From Dipteris shenzhenensis (Eukaryota): a DNA stretch of 64,000 bases. Shown one piece after another: positions 49,101-62,400 of the stretch (the first letter of the stretch is position 1; the number at the start of each line of letters is the position of its first letter). The notes under the pieces are model-generated. The model had not been told where the DNA came from. It ran no database searches and saw nothing but the letters and a program-made list of their open reading frames with translations. A program made the position numbers and the translations under genes. The stretch lies in assembly GCA_047967505.1 (NCBI GenBank), contig CM106538.1; one strand, 5' to 3'.

Positions 49101-51743
49101 GCTTGATCCCATGCTTGCGACAAAATGTATTAAACTCACTTGAGGTGAATTCTCCCCCCCTGTCTGTGCGAAATGTCTTGGCATCCTCCCCTGTCTCCTT
49201 TTCAACTCTAGCCCTCCAGTCTTTGAATTCCTCAAAAGCCTGAGACTTTTTAGCCAAACAATATACCCAAGTCATTCTACTGAAATCATCCACAAAGAGA
49301 AGTGAATACCTGGATCCTGCCCATGATGCAGTAGACATTGGACCACAAATGTCGGCGTGAACCAACTCAAGTGGTTTGCTGGCCCGAAACGAAGCTTCTT
49401 GTGGGAACTTATCCCTGTGCTGCTTGCCTTCTAGACAAGCCCTACAGACATCATCCTTGCCTGTAATTGGTGGAAGTCCATCCACCATTTTCGACTTTGA
49501 CATTTCAGCCAAGATTCCATAGCTGACGTGACCGAAGCGCTTATGCCAAAGTTTGGACTTTTCGTGATCGTCATGAACCAACATTGCACTGAGACGGTAC
49601 AGTCCATTCTCTTCAACACCCTGTGCCACCACTTGCCCACTCCCTTTGGATGTCACGGTAACCTTGCCATCTTGAAAAAGAACTGCCATGTTGTTTTTGT
49701 CCATCTGACTTACAGATAGTAAATTCTTGCAAAGGTCGGGTACATAAAGTACTCCAGAGATATCCTTCTCCTCACCCGCCGTGGTAATGAAAGGAATGCT
49801 ACCGATGCCCTTCACAGGACATGTCCAGCTATCCCCGACAGAAACTTTGGAATCCGGGTGTGTACTTTCCATGGTTTTGAACCACATCCTTGTGTTGGAC
49901 ATGTGCTTAGAAGCACCGCTGTCAACATACCAACCCTCTTTACCTTCACTAACTGCATAAGCTGAACAATGTTCACTGAGTAAGAATAACTGTCCAGTTG
50001 TCACATTGGCAGAATCACTCTTAGGCTCTTCTTTGTTTTTGGCTTCTCTTTTCCGCTTTTGATCCGCCTTCTTCTTCCGGCATTCTTTGGCGGAGTGGCC
50101 AAGCTTTTCACAGTAAAAGCACTTCATTTTCTTCTTATGTTCAGCATCCTCTGATTTCTTGGAATCCTTTGACTTGCCTTTGCCAGGCTTGTCTTTGGCA
50201 ACCAATGCCTTTTCGTCAGTTTGCGTAAAGAGTTTCTCTCGAGCCTCCTCCTGAAGCAGGAGTGGTGGACAAAGCTCCTCAAAGGTGATTGGCTTTGTCC
50301 GTTGACCCGCAGTGACCATAGTCACAAAACTTTTGAAACTCCGTGGCAACTTGTGGAGTGTGAGTAATGCTAGTTGACTCGTGTCCACCTTCTGACCAAC
50401 CGTTGCGAGCTGGTCCCGCACAACTTTCACCTTTGTCAGATGATCATGCACACTATCACCCTCATTCATATCAAGTTTATAAAGCTGATGCTGCAGTGTG
50501 ATGATACGAGCTGTATTATCGGTTTCATACAGCTCCTTCAATATGGTCCACGCTTCTGAAGACGTCTCTACCAACTGGATATGAGGAATCACAGCATCTG
50601 CTGTCGTGCCTATAAGCATTGCTAAGGCTTGAGCATCCCTCTCCTCCCATGCACAGAGTTCATCCGCATCTGCTTCAGCTAGAACTTCACCTCTTTTGTC
50701 CACAATGTCCTCCGGCTTTTCTTCGGTCCCATTGACAATCTTCCACAACCTCCGTGCCAACAGATGGCTTCGGATCTTGACTTTCTAGATTGGAAATTTC
50801 GTACCATCGAGCTTTCCAGCTTCACCGAAATTAGGGATAAATGAAGAAGGAAGATGACTGGAGAAGGAGGAAGGACGAGCAATGGATGTAGAGGCTTCTG
50901 ATCACTGATCCATCTCGGTGAATAGCTAAAAAAACTGAATAACTGAAACAGAAATAAATGAACTAACCTTCTGTACTAGACTGAGCTGAAAACAGAGTTG
51001 CCTTATTGCCAAGGAACTCCTTCCTTCAGAGAGTGTTTTTGATGAGGAAGAGTCGAGAGCCTATGGCTCTGATACCATGTTAGAAAACAGAAGGAAAGAA
51101 TCACTCCAACCTCCAGCCAAGATCTCTCCCGCTCTAGCAACACTCAACTCAGATAACTGATCACAGATACAATACTCACTCAGAGAAAACCTAGACAGAG
51201 AGAGAATATATTCATCCACCGGATGGTGGGCAGAAAACTGGTTCCAGGGGAGCAATACAAAACTCAGCCAAGTGCTGAGGCGAACTGAAGGAACTCTCTC
51301 TGTCAGAAGATACCAAATCTGAGTGCACAGCATAGCCTAAAACTGAGGCTTTCTATCCTGCGCTGGATGCCAAAATGGAGGGAAGTGTGGGCCTTTTATA
51401 GGCACTGCCCAGGCCTTCTGGTTTGGCCGACCAGCAGGGTCGCGGTCCCCTGACTGGTGACCGACCAGATCAGTCTGGAAAACCGACCAGGGTCGGTGGC
51501 CCTGGTTGGGCCGACTGGCCCTGCCACAGGCCCCTATAAAAGGGTGCCCTGTGCAGCCAGTCCATGCTTCTAGGAAGGCAAAGGGCCCCCCCCAAATCTC
51601 TGCTGTTTGCTGATAGCAGCCAGCCCGTGTGCTGGTTGCCAACTCTGTTTGCCTGGGTCTCTCTTTCCCAGCCCTCCTTACTCTCACTGCCCCTTGTCCC
51701 CACAAAACGGGGGCTCACAGGTGGGTACAGTGAGTCTCTAACA
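46175..51743 (-). mobile_element. Full-length Ty1/Copia LTR retrotransposon
   Basis: LTRs 46175-46826 and 51078-51743 (TGTTAG...CTAACA), PBS 51065-51077, PPT 46827-46836, complete gag-PR-IN-RT-RH order. Confidence 0.97.
46840..50913 (-). pseudogene. Copia gag-pol polyprotein, single frame with three premature stops
   Basis: Zn knuckle CFYCEKLGHSAKEC, protease WYVDSGAS, integrase HADICGP/RTDRGGEF, RT QMDVKSAFLNG/LYVDD, RNaseH DSDWAG. ATG at 50913; in-frame stops at 50902-50904, 50785-50787 and 49051-49053. Confidence 0.95.
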
Positions 51744-52894
51744 TGTTCAGTAAGTGCAAGAGAAGGAAGAGCAGACAAAAGCCGAGGAAACAAAGGTAGA
51801 GGGCAAGCATTCAATCGAGTTGAAGGAAGTTGTGGGAACAAGACAGAGTCGTGACAGTGTTGTGCTAAAACACAGAGGCAAACGAGGGTGCAGAGAGTTC
51901 TATAGCCAGGGGAGCTGGATATAAAAGGAAAATCTTGATAAGTCCAGATTTTGAAAAAGATTGTGCAGAGTCTGAAGGAGATCTTAATCACCAAAAGTTT
52001 GATCCTCTGATATAACAAATGTCTAGCATCTCCAGAGGGAGGTGATACGAATCAGAGAGGTGACACACAAAACTGCGAGGAGTGTGATAATTGCAGAAAG
52101 AGATCTAGGGAAATGAACAGGCATGAGCTATGGAGATGGCGAAGCAGATAGATGGAGCGACGTAGACAAGCAGTCAAAGAAGTAATCAGAGACATTCACG
52201 TGAGGCATTCCAAGTGAAGAGCGTTACAACGCCACCTGGAGCAACTCAAGCAGTGGCAATACAAGGAGATCTCATCATCTCATAGTTGTTTCAAGATCAC
52301 GGGAAAATACAAGTCTGCAATCACGGAGTGCAGACACTGAGAATGCAAAGAAGTCAGACTATGGGCGCAATATGGGATCCTCGCTTATTCAAGCACTTAA
52401 TGAAATCCTTAGTTTTGGCCATTTATCTGTGGAGCTACCTGATACAAAGAAGCCAAAGACCATAGGGCAGTGATATAAAAGCCAGAGTTCGATTTGCTTT
52501 GCTGTGTTTTTGAACAGCTGTCATGGAGGAGTTCACTACAAGGCATCTCTGGAGAAATTCAAGATGTTTACTCAGTAGTCGAACCACTACAAAAAGCATC
52601 AATGGAGGTGCTTATTGCTCTCTTGTTGCTTGCACAGTGGCCCAAGCAACCTTGAAGAGCTTCTGGAGAAGGACGTCGCTTGCTCTCCAAGACATTTGTT
52701 CCCAAGAGTCCATTTGTATAATTCGACCCAAAAGCTGTTTGCAGAAGATTTCAAGTTCTCCTAAGGTTTAGTTAAGGCCTTGGATGTAAGATTGGGTGCC
52801 TTAGAATCCTTGAGCATTTGCCATGTTTTTCACTCAAAATCAAAGGTTGTTCCATGCAATTAAAGAGAGCCCCATGAAGAGGTTGTTAACCCTA

Positions 52895-53269
52895 TTACAC
52901 ACAAAAGTTATTGAGCTTCTTAAGCTGAATTTTCCTTGCCTTCGTGCTTGTGCCATACAATTTGTGAATGATCTCCCAAGCTTCTTTAGGCCTACTAGCC
53001 TTTTTTATGTGAGGAATGAGTGTATCGGAAATGCATAAAGATGTCCAATGCAACACCTTTCTTGATTTCTCAACCCATGTCTTGTATTCCAATTTCAGCT
53101 CATCCGAGGGCTCATCCCAAGGCAACTCTGGGCATTCATCTTCACCCGTGATCAATCCCCAAACACTTTTTTTCATGAGGAAGTTTTCCATTCTATAAGA
53201 CCAAGCGCTATAATTATCATTTGTTAGCTTTTCACCCATGACTTGGGTTACTTGAGTGGTCTCACTCAT
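52895..53269 (-). mobile_element. Copia gag N-terminal fragment
   Basis: EKLTNDNYSAWSYRMENFLMKKSVWGLITG...KEAWEIIHKLY. Confidence 0.85.
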
Positions 53270-53989
53270 ACTTGATTAACAATATTTTTACTTCCAAATG
53301 CAACTTAGCAAACCTCAAGGCAATTGCGCTTTTCTGAATTTTTTGAGCACACTCACTTCAAGTGAGGTAAATGGCATCAAAAGCTGAGAATTCACCTTCT
53401 TTCCAAGTATTCACACTTGCTCAAATTTTAGGCATCCAAGAGCATCAAATGTAAGCACTAACAGTCCACTTTCGAGCATCAATTCAAGCATCTACCAATG
53501 CACTTATGGCATTTTCCACTTTCTGTAAATGAGCGTATTTTGGCATTAACCGGCCACAAATTGCCTTCCAAATGTGCTTTTGCAATGGTTCACCAAACTA
53601 AAAATTTATCCCACGCTTTAGGCATCATATATGCATCCGATTTTGGGCATACACACACTTATTTGCATCCTCCAATTCAAATTTACTGGCAAAAGTTTAC
53701 TTCATGTGCACAAAGGCATTTACACTTCACCAACTGAGCATATGACCTCCGGTATCAACACTTTTCTACCCAAATATGCAATTTCCTGCAAACAAGTGCT
53801 ACCCCAAATGGCAATTGCTTCCACCATGATACTCACGGGTACTATGCCAAGCTTTGCAAAGTGGAACTGAAGTAAATGTACGAAAGAGCAATAAGTGCTT
53901 ACTTGGTGTCCCACAAAATAGGCATCATGTATCCTCCTTTGTATTCAAATATTAATAAAGCACACGTCCTTTAATCCCATTTAAAATTT

Positions 53990-54560
53990 CACTCAGATAT
54001 TTGGGGACCAACGGATCATACAACACATGGGGAGCAAGATATTACATCACTTTTATAGATGATTATAGTCGAATGACATGGGTCTATTTTTTGAAAGCCA
54101 AAAGTGATGCCTTTCAAGTGTTTTGCCAATTCAAAAGAATGATAGAGAAGGAGCTTGGATGTTGTATCAAGTGCTTTCATACGGACAATGGTGGAGAATA
54201 TATGTTCTATGAATTTGATGAGTTCTCTATAGTCAAGGCATCAAGAGATGGGTTACTTGTAGATACACTCGTCAACAAAACCCCATTGCAGAAAGAATAA
54301 ATAGAGTGATTGGTGACATGGCTAGAGCTATGATGGATGAGATGAATATGCCATTGAGTTTTTGGGTTGAAGCGGTGCATATGTCCTTGTATATCATGAT
54401 AGAATGCCCAAGGATGCCATACATGGGTTGACATCTTTTGGAAAGCTTTATGGGTACAAGAAAACCTTGGCTTATTTGAAAGAGTTTGGATGCATTTGTT
54501 ATGTGCATGTGCTGAGTGAGATAAGGAAGAAGTTGGAGCCAAGGGCTATCAGAAGCATGG
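53990..54560 (+). mobile_element. Copia integrase fragment
   Basis: GARYYITFIDDYSRMTWVYFLKAKSDAF...HTDNGGEY; downstream FWVEAV and FGCICYVHV remnants. Confidence 0.85.
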
Positions 54561-57500
54561 GATGAATATCTATTTCATAAAACAATGCACTAAGTGGGCA
54601 AACTTTGAGGCATGGAACAAGAAAGGGTCCATTCATCAATAATGTCTCTCGCCAAAATGCCAAAAGCCATATTATCTTGATATAGCCAATAAATGACATG
54701 TTGCATGTTTCCCCAAATCCCAAAGATTGCATAGTCTATGAAATGAAATCTATTGTACAATATCAAAAGCAATATCCACTTGCAATAAGAGGACATCCTG
54801 ATCAGTGTTCTTGGCATATACAATCCTTTTATAAGCATTGGCAATATCATCTGCAATATGTCTGTGGTGGAAAATCAACCCACATTGGCTAGGATGTAGA
54901 CCATCATGCAAAAAACTTTTGATATGCGTCACTATCATCTTAGCAACCATCTTAAATATGTGTCACTATCATCTTAGCAAAACCATCTTAAAGATGACAT
55001 GCATGAATGTGATGGGTCTCCGATTTGCAAATGACTCACACAAATGTTACTTGGGGAATAATTTGATCAAACCTTGTCTCCAACTAGCTGGCATTTGTTG
55101 GACTTTCCAAGCATGAGTAAACATAAATGATAACACATGTGAAATGTCATCCCAATATTATAGAAATAATTCCATAGTAAGGCCATCCCAACCCAGCGAT
55201 TTCCATTTGGCACATTATCTGATGGCATCTTTGAATTCTCTATCCTTGAAAGAAACTTCAATTTGCATGGCTTGATGAGGAGAAGAATTGGAATGACATA
55301 TTGAAGAAGTTCCTGCCATGCAGACATCACAACATGTGACGAAGAAACAACATTCTCAACTGTTTAGCAAAGGGAATAACACATGCTCGAGCAAGTTGTG
55401 CCTGCAAATGGGTCCAGCTACTACCGACATTTTCAACCCTACAAATATTTTCACTTTGCCTCTTATAATGCAAACCTTTAAAAAACTCCTTAGAGGAGTA
55501 GTCTCTATCAATAAATGCCTCTTCTTGGCCCTAGTTTCCCACTTCTCAGTCTTCCTACGATAATTACATTGTAAGTATGTCAGCTCGGCATCTCAAGGGG
55601 TTCACCTCACAAAATTTTAGTGTACCATGTGCATTCAAAAGGAGGGCATTTTAATTCAACTTTTGACAAAATTTTAACAAGATGACAATAACAAGAGGGG
55701 TTACGAAATTCAACTTTAGGAAAAAATCCATTAGATCATAAGTAAAGAGGGGGGGTTTTATTTGGGGGGGATTTTAGTTGAGGGGTTTTTAAATAACCCT
55801 TTGAATGCATGTGATACCTGGGGTGCATCCCCCAAGCTCGGCATTGGCACGTAGCCTCAGCAAGACATAATTCTTGGAGTTGGCTAAGTTCAGTCAAGTG
55901 ACAGGTACTTTTAGCCTTGACAACATCCTCCGTGAGAGTTGGATGTAGTTCTTGCCATACTCATGTATCACATGCTATATAAAGGTAAGAAAAGCAATCG
56001 ATGTATAATCATCATCCATGTGACAATGTGCCCAAAGAGGAGCAATAACATCACACACCATGTCCTTGTATACCTCATACTTTAAATAACTATCATTATA
56101 ATAACTAGCCGTGTATCAGGCAGTTTTTCATTTTGCATATCATAAAAAGATAGCTACAACCAAAGTGGAGTAGCAGGAAAACATAATGAATCCACATATT
56201 GCAAGTAAAAGAACCATTTTGATTCAAAATGGGCCTAATAAGCAGACTGTGGATTATGCTGAAAAGTATAGCCAGGAAACGAAGCCCATGTCTTTTTCCA
56301 AAGGTTAGCAAGACCAAACAAGAGAAGTGATTGAGTTCGCTACACTCTCTCCAAGGCACGCATATGTGTATGACCAGATGTATTATCTCCTAGCAGTAGA
56401 GCATTATTGAAATCCCAATAAAGAAAAGCATTTTGCCTCCAAGGGTCAAGCTATGCCAGATCAATGCTCTACTATGTTATGATTGTGGGGCATAGACTGA
56501 GGAAAACTCATGTATCTCTCCTTGCAAAAGACATTTTGCATAACAATCCATTGGCCATAGAGGTCATTAAAAGACACAACAGGGTGAAAGAGCATGTTTG
56601 AAAAGAAGAAAAGACTTGTCACCTTCATTGAAAATATCATATCTTGATGTAGTTTAATAAGAGAGAATGCTAGGAGTGTGTCGAGCATCTCTAGACATAA
56701 AATTTCTACTTTGATAGAATAGTAGGTCTTTAGGACAGAGATGGAGATGGACTCTGGAGGGAGAGAGACTCCCCCCAACTTAGTGCCAACTATTCCTTCT
56801 AGCTCAAAGCTAACTGATAAGACATCTTTCTCTTTTCTGCATGGATTTGCTACTGGCTCACTGAACTACAAGATGTCCTCAACTCATCATGAGAATGAGT
56901 TTTGGAGATAACAATTTGATGTGTCAAAGGAGCTTGACACTTCCGTCCACTTCCCTCCTCTACTCAGCATAAACAATGCCTGCTCCAGAGGAGGAAGCCT
57001 TTGTGACAAGCATAGCAACCCTACCCATCACAAAAGACTTCAAGGTCTTTTTTCGTGGGAGTCGAGTTGAAGGGAGGGCTGCTCATCCCTCCCTTCATGC
57101 GTGGTTTTACAAGCCCTCCCAGCGTTGAAAGAAGCAAGAAAGGAGATAGTGCTATCGCACAGGAAACATGCCCTAATTGTTCAACCAAAGAGCTCTAGGA
57201 GGAGGTGATAGCAAATTATCAGGAACCCCAGAGGATGGAGACAGATTCAGAAGAAGAGCATCACCAACCTCTCCATGCTCTCCACGAAAGGAAGGCCTTC
57301 AAGGTCAGAAAGAAAGAATGTACCATAGACTAGCAAGGACTCTTCCTACCAATCCCGACAGGGAGACAAACTAGATGGAGTCACAATAGACTTTGTCGAA
57401 AGTAGAGGTGATGAGACTAAGAGAGGTACTAGTGGCAGAGCCAATCCAGCAGACGCAAGCCTCCCAGGAACCCTCAGTGCACCAATAGGCCCATGGCCAC

Positions 57501-57600
57501 CATAGCAGGAGAGTCCTCAGTCTGAAGATGAGGAGGAATCATATTTTAAAGGTTAAGTGGCCGATTTCTTGGATGAAGATGGAATAGACCAATAGACATG
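54561..57600 (-). mobile_element. Decayed LINE (RT and upstream region)
   Basis: Minus-strand LHPSQCGLIFHHRHIADDI...DVLLLQVDIAFD matches the LINE RT motifs Q.GF...R.I.DNI and LD..KAFD; the upstream part is heavily decayed and its boundary approximate. Confidence 0.65.
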
Positions 57601-57609
57601 CCTGTTGTT

Positions 57610-59101
57610 TTTCTATCTGTTGTATGAGCTTCTATTGATCATTTTCCTTTTGCTCTTTATACAATTGAACATTTTTCTGTAACTGTGCCAAGTCTTGTTT
57701 AATCTTCTGCATCTCAGTGCTTTCCTGGACCTGTTGCAACAATTTACGATTTTCTTCTTGTAGATAAAAAATATCAGTACCAGCCTGACACTGGGCTGCA
57801 TGCATCTTATTTCCAAAACTTTGTACAATTTCTACTGCATGGTTGAATTGCTCAAATGAAATAGCAGACACCGATTTCTTACTGTGTGACGAGTGGTGTA
57901 TCCATTGCATCTACACCCTCCATGCTCAGGTCCTGAGACATGGCTAATCTTTTCTTCAAATCCATCATAGCTCCCTTTCTTACCAGAATTTTTGACTTCA
58001 TAACAGGTTGATCTTTATGTAGTAGCTTCTCCTTGCTCACAATAGGTGTATTCCATAAAGCTGAAGATAGTGATTTACAAGTCACCATCTCTACTGACTG
58101 TTGATAAGTGTATCTGGCTTGCACCAAATCATCAATTGTATTATTGACAAGCTCATCTGCATCACCAAACAACTGCTTGCCCTTCTCCTTACGAGATAGA
58201 GTTTTCCCGCTTTTAGGAGTAACATGACTGAATAAGGGTGTGACATAAAGAGCGATTCTCAAAAATTGATTCGAAGTGCAAACCTTCTTGGAAAGTTCTT
58301 GCAACAGCTTTGTGCACAACAGTGTAGCCCATGCCACCTTCTCTCCTTGTTCTACTGCCACCAAATAAGCGTAATTTTCCTTTGCCATATAGTCATTGTG
58401 AACCAACAAAACCACTCGCTCCACAAACTAAGCTAATTGTTGTTTCTTGACAGGATCTCGTACCTTGCTGATAATATAGGAATTCCTTGATGAGTAAGGA
58501 TTCCCAAACTTTTCCATCATCACCTCATCCGAACACTTGTCTAGTTGAATCTCTTCCTCATGGTAAGACAAATGAAAAACTGTAGCTATCAACTGTGGTG
58601 TTATTCTAACTCCCAAAGCAATCTCTCCCACTATGCGTTGTAGTGTCTGGAACTCAAAACTTCGGGATTATCCCGCCACAGCTCCCACGGTAAGCATGCA
58701 AAGTCATACAACTTGATCTTCTTTAGCCACACTTTATTTATTGTCAAATTGAGAAATACCTTGGATTGCTGTAAAACTGGCGGAGTCTCAAGTATCTGCT
58801 GCTTCTTCAACATTTGCTTCTTCAGTGGTTCCAACTGCATTTCTGAATCTTCTGAAACATCTAGCAAATCCTCCTCTAGTAGCTTCTCCTCCATTTTTGC
58901 CCTCTTGCTGCATCGCACAGGTGCTACTTTTGATTTTGGGGCCATCAATTCACTTGCCACAACCGACAATAGATCAAGCTTTGGACACAACCTTGGGAGT
59001 TCTTCGTCGTTATGAATATCCACATTCACCAAGGACATCCTCCAAAAAATAATGGTTGAACACAACTTTGAACAGAAGTAAGAGCAAACTGATTCTGGCA
59101 A
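57610..59101 (-). pseudogene. Extra ORF downstream of the Gypsy integrase (same strand as pol)
   Basis: Chain of minus ORFs 58631-59101, 58428-58631, 57879-58424 and 57632-57910 broken by stops or frameshifts; coiled-coil-like C-terminus. Confidence 0.65.
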
Positions 59102-59469
59102 GGATAAAAATAACTAAACCTCACACACATCAATTCAAACTGAAGAGAATTTTTATAATGATGAGATGTTACCGACCATAATCTGACTAGACAAATCGAC
59201 CATGCCAAATATCGCCTCAGCCTCCTGCCTTGGGCATGAAGAATCATCATCGACATGCATGAAACGTCACCATTAGTATAGCCAGTACAACCAATGGATT
59301 TGAAACTTTGGAACTTCGAAACCGGAATCACAATTCCGCATTCGAATCTTGCATCGCTTTGGAATTTTGGATCTCGAACCACTGTTCCACATTCGGATCT
59401 CGCATCGCTTCAAAATTTTGAATCTTCAAACCTGCAAGCAACCACTGAACACAACTTTGTTGCCATGCA

Positions 59470-62400
59470 CTGCACCACCAAAACCTCTACTACAACCTCC
59501 ACATAAAGTGTTGGAGCATGATATGGCTTCAACCGATACCCATTGACTGGTTTCAGAATTGCATTCCCATACATATCCTCCAATTTGAATGTTCCCTCTC
59601 CAAAGACGTCAACAATCTTGTAGGGACCATTATATCTCAACTTCAGTTTACTAGGACGAGGGCCCAGTTTAGAATTAAACATCAATACTAGATCCCCCTT
59701 TCGGAACACCTTAAATTTGATATCCTATTGACCCATGCTTGTCTCCTCTTTTAGATCACATCTAAAATGTATGAGCTAACAACCCGATCCTCTTCCAACT
59801 TTAGCAACTGTTGGATCCTATGATGAACCGACTCTTCTAGAGACAACCTGCATTCAGCCACTATTTGAAGACTTGGTCCAATAAACTCCATTGGAACCAC
59901 AGCTTCACACCCATATACCAGACGAAACGGTGTCATTCCAGTATAGTCACTTTGTATGCTGTTCGGAATGCCCATAATGCCGAGTGTAACTTCTGGTCCC
60001 AGTCAGTTTTGTTCTCTAAAACTATTCTCCTGAGGATTTTCTTAAATGTCTTATTTGAATTTTCAGCCTAACCATTAGCTTGTGGATAATAAGTAGTGGA
60101 CTTCTTATGCACAATCATATGTAAACTTGTTAGTGTTTTCATTACTTTGTTCAGAAAATGAACTCCCTAATCCAAAACTATCTCAATTGGACACCCAAAT
60201 CTAGTCATGATATTATAATATAGAAACTTAGCTGTGCTTGTAGCTGTATTATCCCTCAATGCAATTGCTTCCACCCACTTTGTACAGTAATCTGTAGGCA
60301 CCAGAATATACTTGTTCCTAGTATACTTGGCAGGTGGTTTGATAGGACCCATAAAGTCAAGCCCCCATTTCTGGAAAGGACCTAGAGGTAGCACGGGTTG
60401 GTGTGACATTCTATCTGCATAGTTGGTCTTCCATTTTGTTGACACGGTAAACAAGTCTTGGCAAATTCATGAGCATCCTTCAAGACTTTGGGCCACCACA
60501 AACCGGCCTGAAGTATCTTTTTGTCAGTGATGTCCCCCGAATAGTGCCCTCCCAAACTTCTAGCATGTGCTTCCATGAACATAGCTTTTCTCTCATAATC
60601 GGGGACACACCTCCTGATCACTTGATCAATGCCTCTCTTGTACAACACCCCAGCTATGACCAGAAATGGTTTACTATGTAGTACAAATTTCTTCCTTTGA
60701 TCTCGGGATAATGACTGAGGTACCACGCCATCTATTAGAAATAACAACATCTAATCATACCAATCGTGCCCTTCCTCCGTACTGATAAAAAATAAATGAG
60801 CATCATGTAGATCATCTTGTACCCCCACATGTTCTTCACCACTCAGCAATCTGCTTAAATAATCTACAACAACATGCTGTTTTCCTGGTGTATGCACAAT
60901 GTCATAATCATATTCTTGAAGCAAAAGTATCCACCTAGCTAGTCAGCCAGACAATTGTGGTTTATTCACCAAATAAATAAGTGCCTGATGATCCACATGT
61001 AGTACCACTATATTTCCCAACAAATATTGTCAAAATTTTTGGAGAGGATATGCCATCCCCAATGCTTCCCTCTGAGTCACACTATAATTTTGTTCTGCTT
61101 TTGTCATTCTCCTACTTGCATAGTATATAGGCTAAAACCAACCTTTAACAAATTGTTGTATCAACACTGCTCCAATAGCCACATCTGAAGCATCCACAAA
61201 ATATGAAATGGCAACTTCCAGTTAGGTGGTTTGAGGATGGGTGCTACCACTAACATTTTCTTTAATAGAATGGAAGCCTTTTGTTGTGGTTCTTCCCATG
61301 TAAACAATTCCCCCTTCTTGGTAAGCTTTGTCAGAGGTACACAAACATAAGATAGATACTGTAAAAATCTGCTATGCCACTTAATTTGCCCAACAAAGCG
61401 TGATAACTGCTTTAAGGTTCTAGGTGTAGGGGCGGTTTTGAATGACTTCCACTTTTCGTGAGTCTATGGTCATCCCTTCTTCGGAAATTATATGTCCCAG
61501 CAAGACACCCCTTTTTACAACAAATGCACATTCCTTCGAGAATCTAGAAAAACTCTGATGAAAGTAGTCAACTAAGGAGCAAAGACTTCCTGGATCCATT
61601 TGTGAAATGTGGGAGGTGCATTCTTAAAACCAAAAGTCATAACATTACAGGCAAAAACTCCCCACTTTGTGATGAAAGTTGTCTTCTCTCTGTCCTCCAG
61701 AGCCATCCTTATCTGATTGTAGCCACTAAAACCATCCAAGAAACTATGCATTTCATGACTAGCTATAGCATCAAGCATTGTGTCACAAAAAGGTAATGGA
61801 AAAGGGTCGATTATTGTTGCTACATTTAATTTTCTGTAATCAACACATACTCTCAGCTTACCATTCTACTTAGGTACTATGACTCTATATAGGTGAAAGC
61901 CAAGTTCCCTTATTAACTAGATAAATGAACCCCACCTTGAGTAGCTTATCAATTTCCTCTTTCATCCTCTGAGCACAGTTTGGATTCTCATTCTATATCT
62001 TTGTTGAACCACTGGGATAGCATCTTTCTTCAAGTTAATTCTATGTTGGCAAAAAGATGGATGAACTCCTTTCATATCCGTGTAATGCCAAGCAAACTCA
62101 TCCTTGAATTCCAATAACAATATATGCAAAGCTTCAGAAAAAGTTGCATCTAACAAAGCAATAACATGTACCAATTTTGGACCTTGTTCTGTTCCAAGGT
62201 TCATCTTAGTTAAATCATCCTCCTAGACTCTCGCACACTTCCTTAAGTGATCCTCAAATGCTATTTCGGCTTCAATGATTGGTTTGGTTTTAACATAAAC
62301 TTCTTCCTTCTCCTCATCAACGTCACACTTGTCTGCATAAACTCCATCTGACTTCTTTTCTTTGCCCTCTTCTTGGGCTTCCTTCGAACTGAGACTGTCT

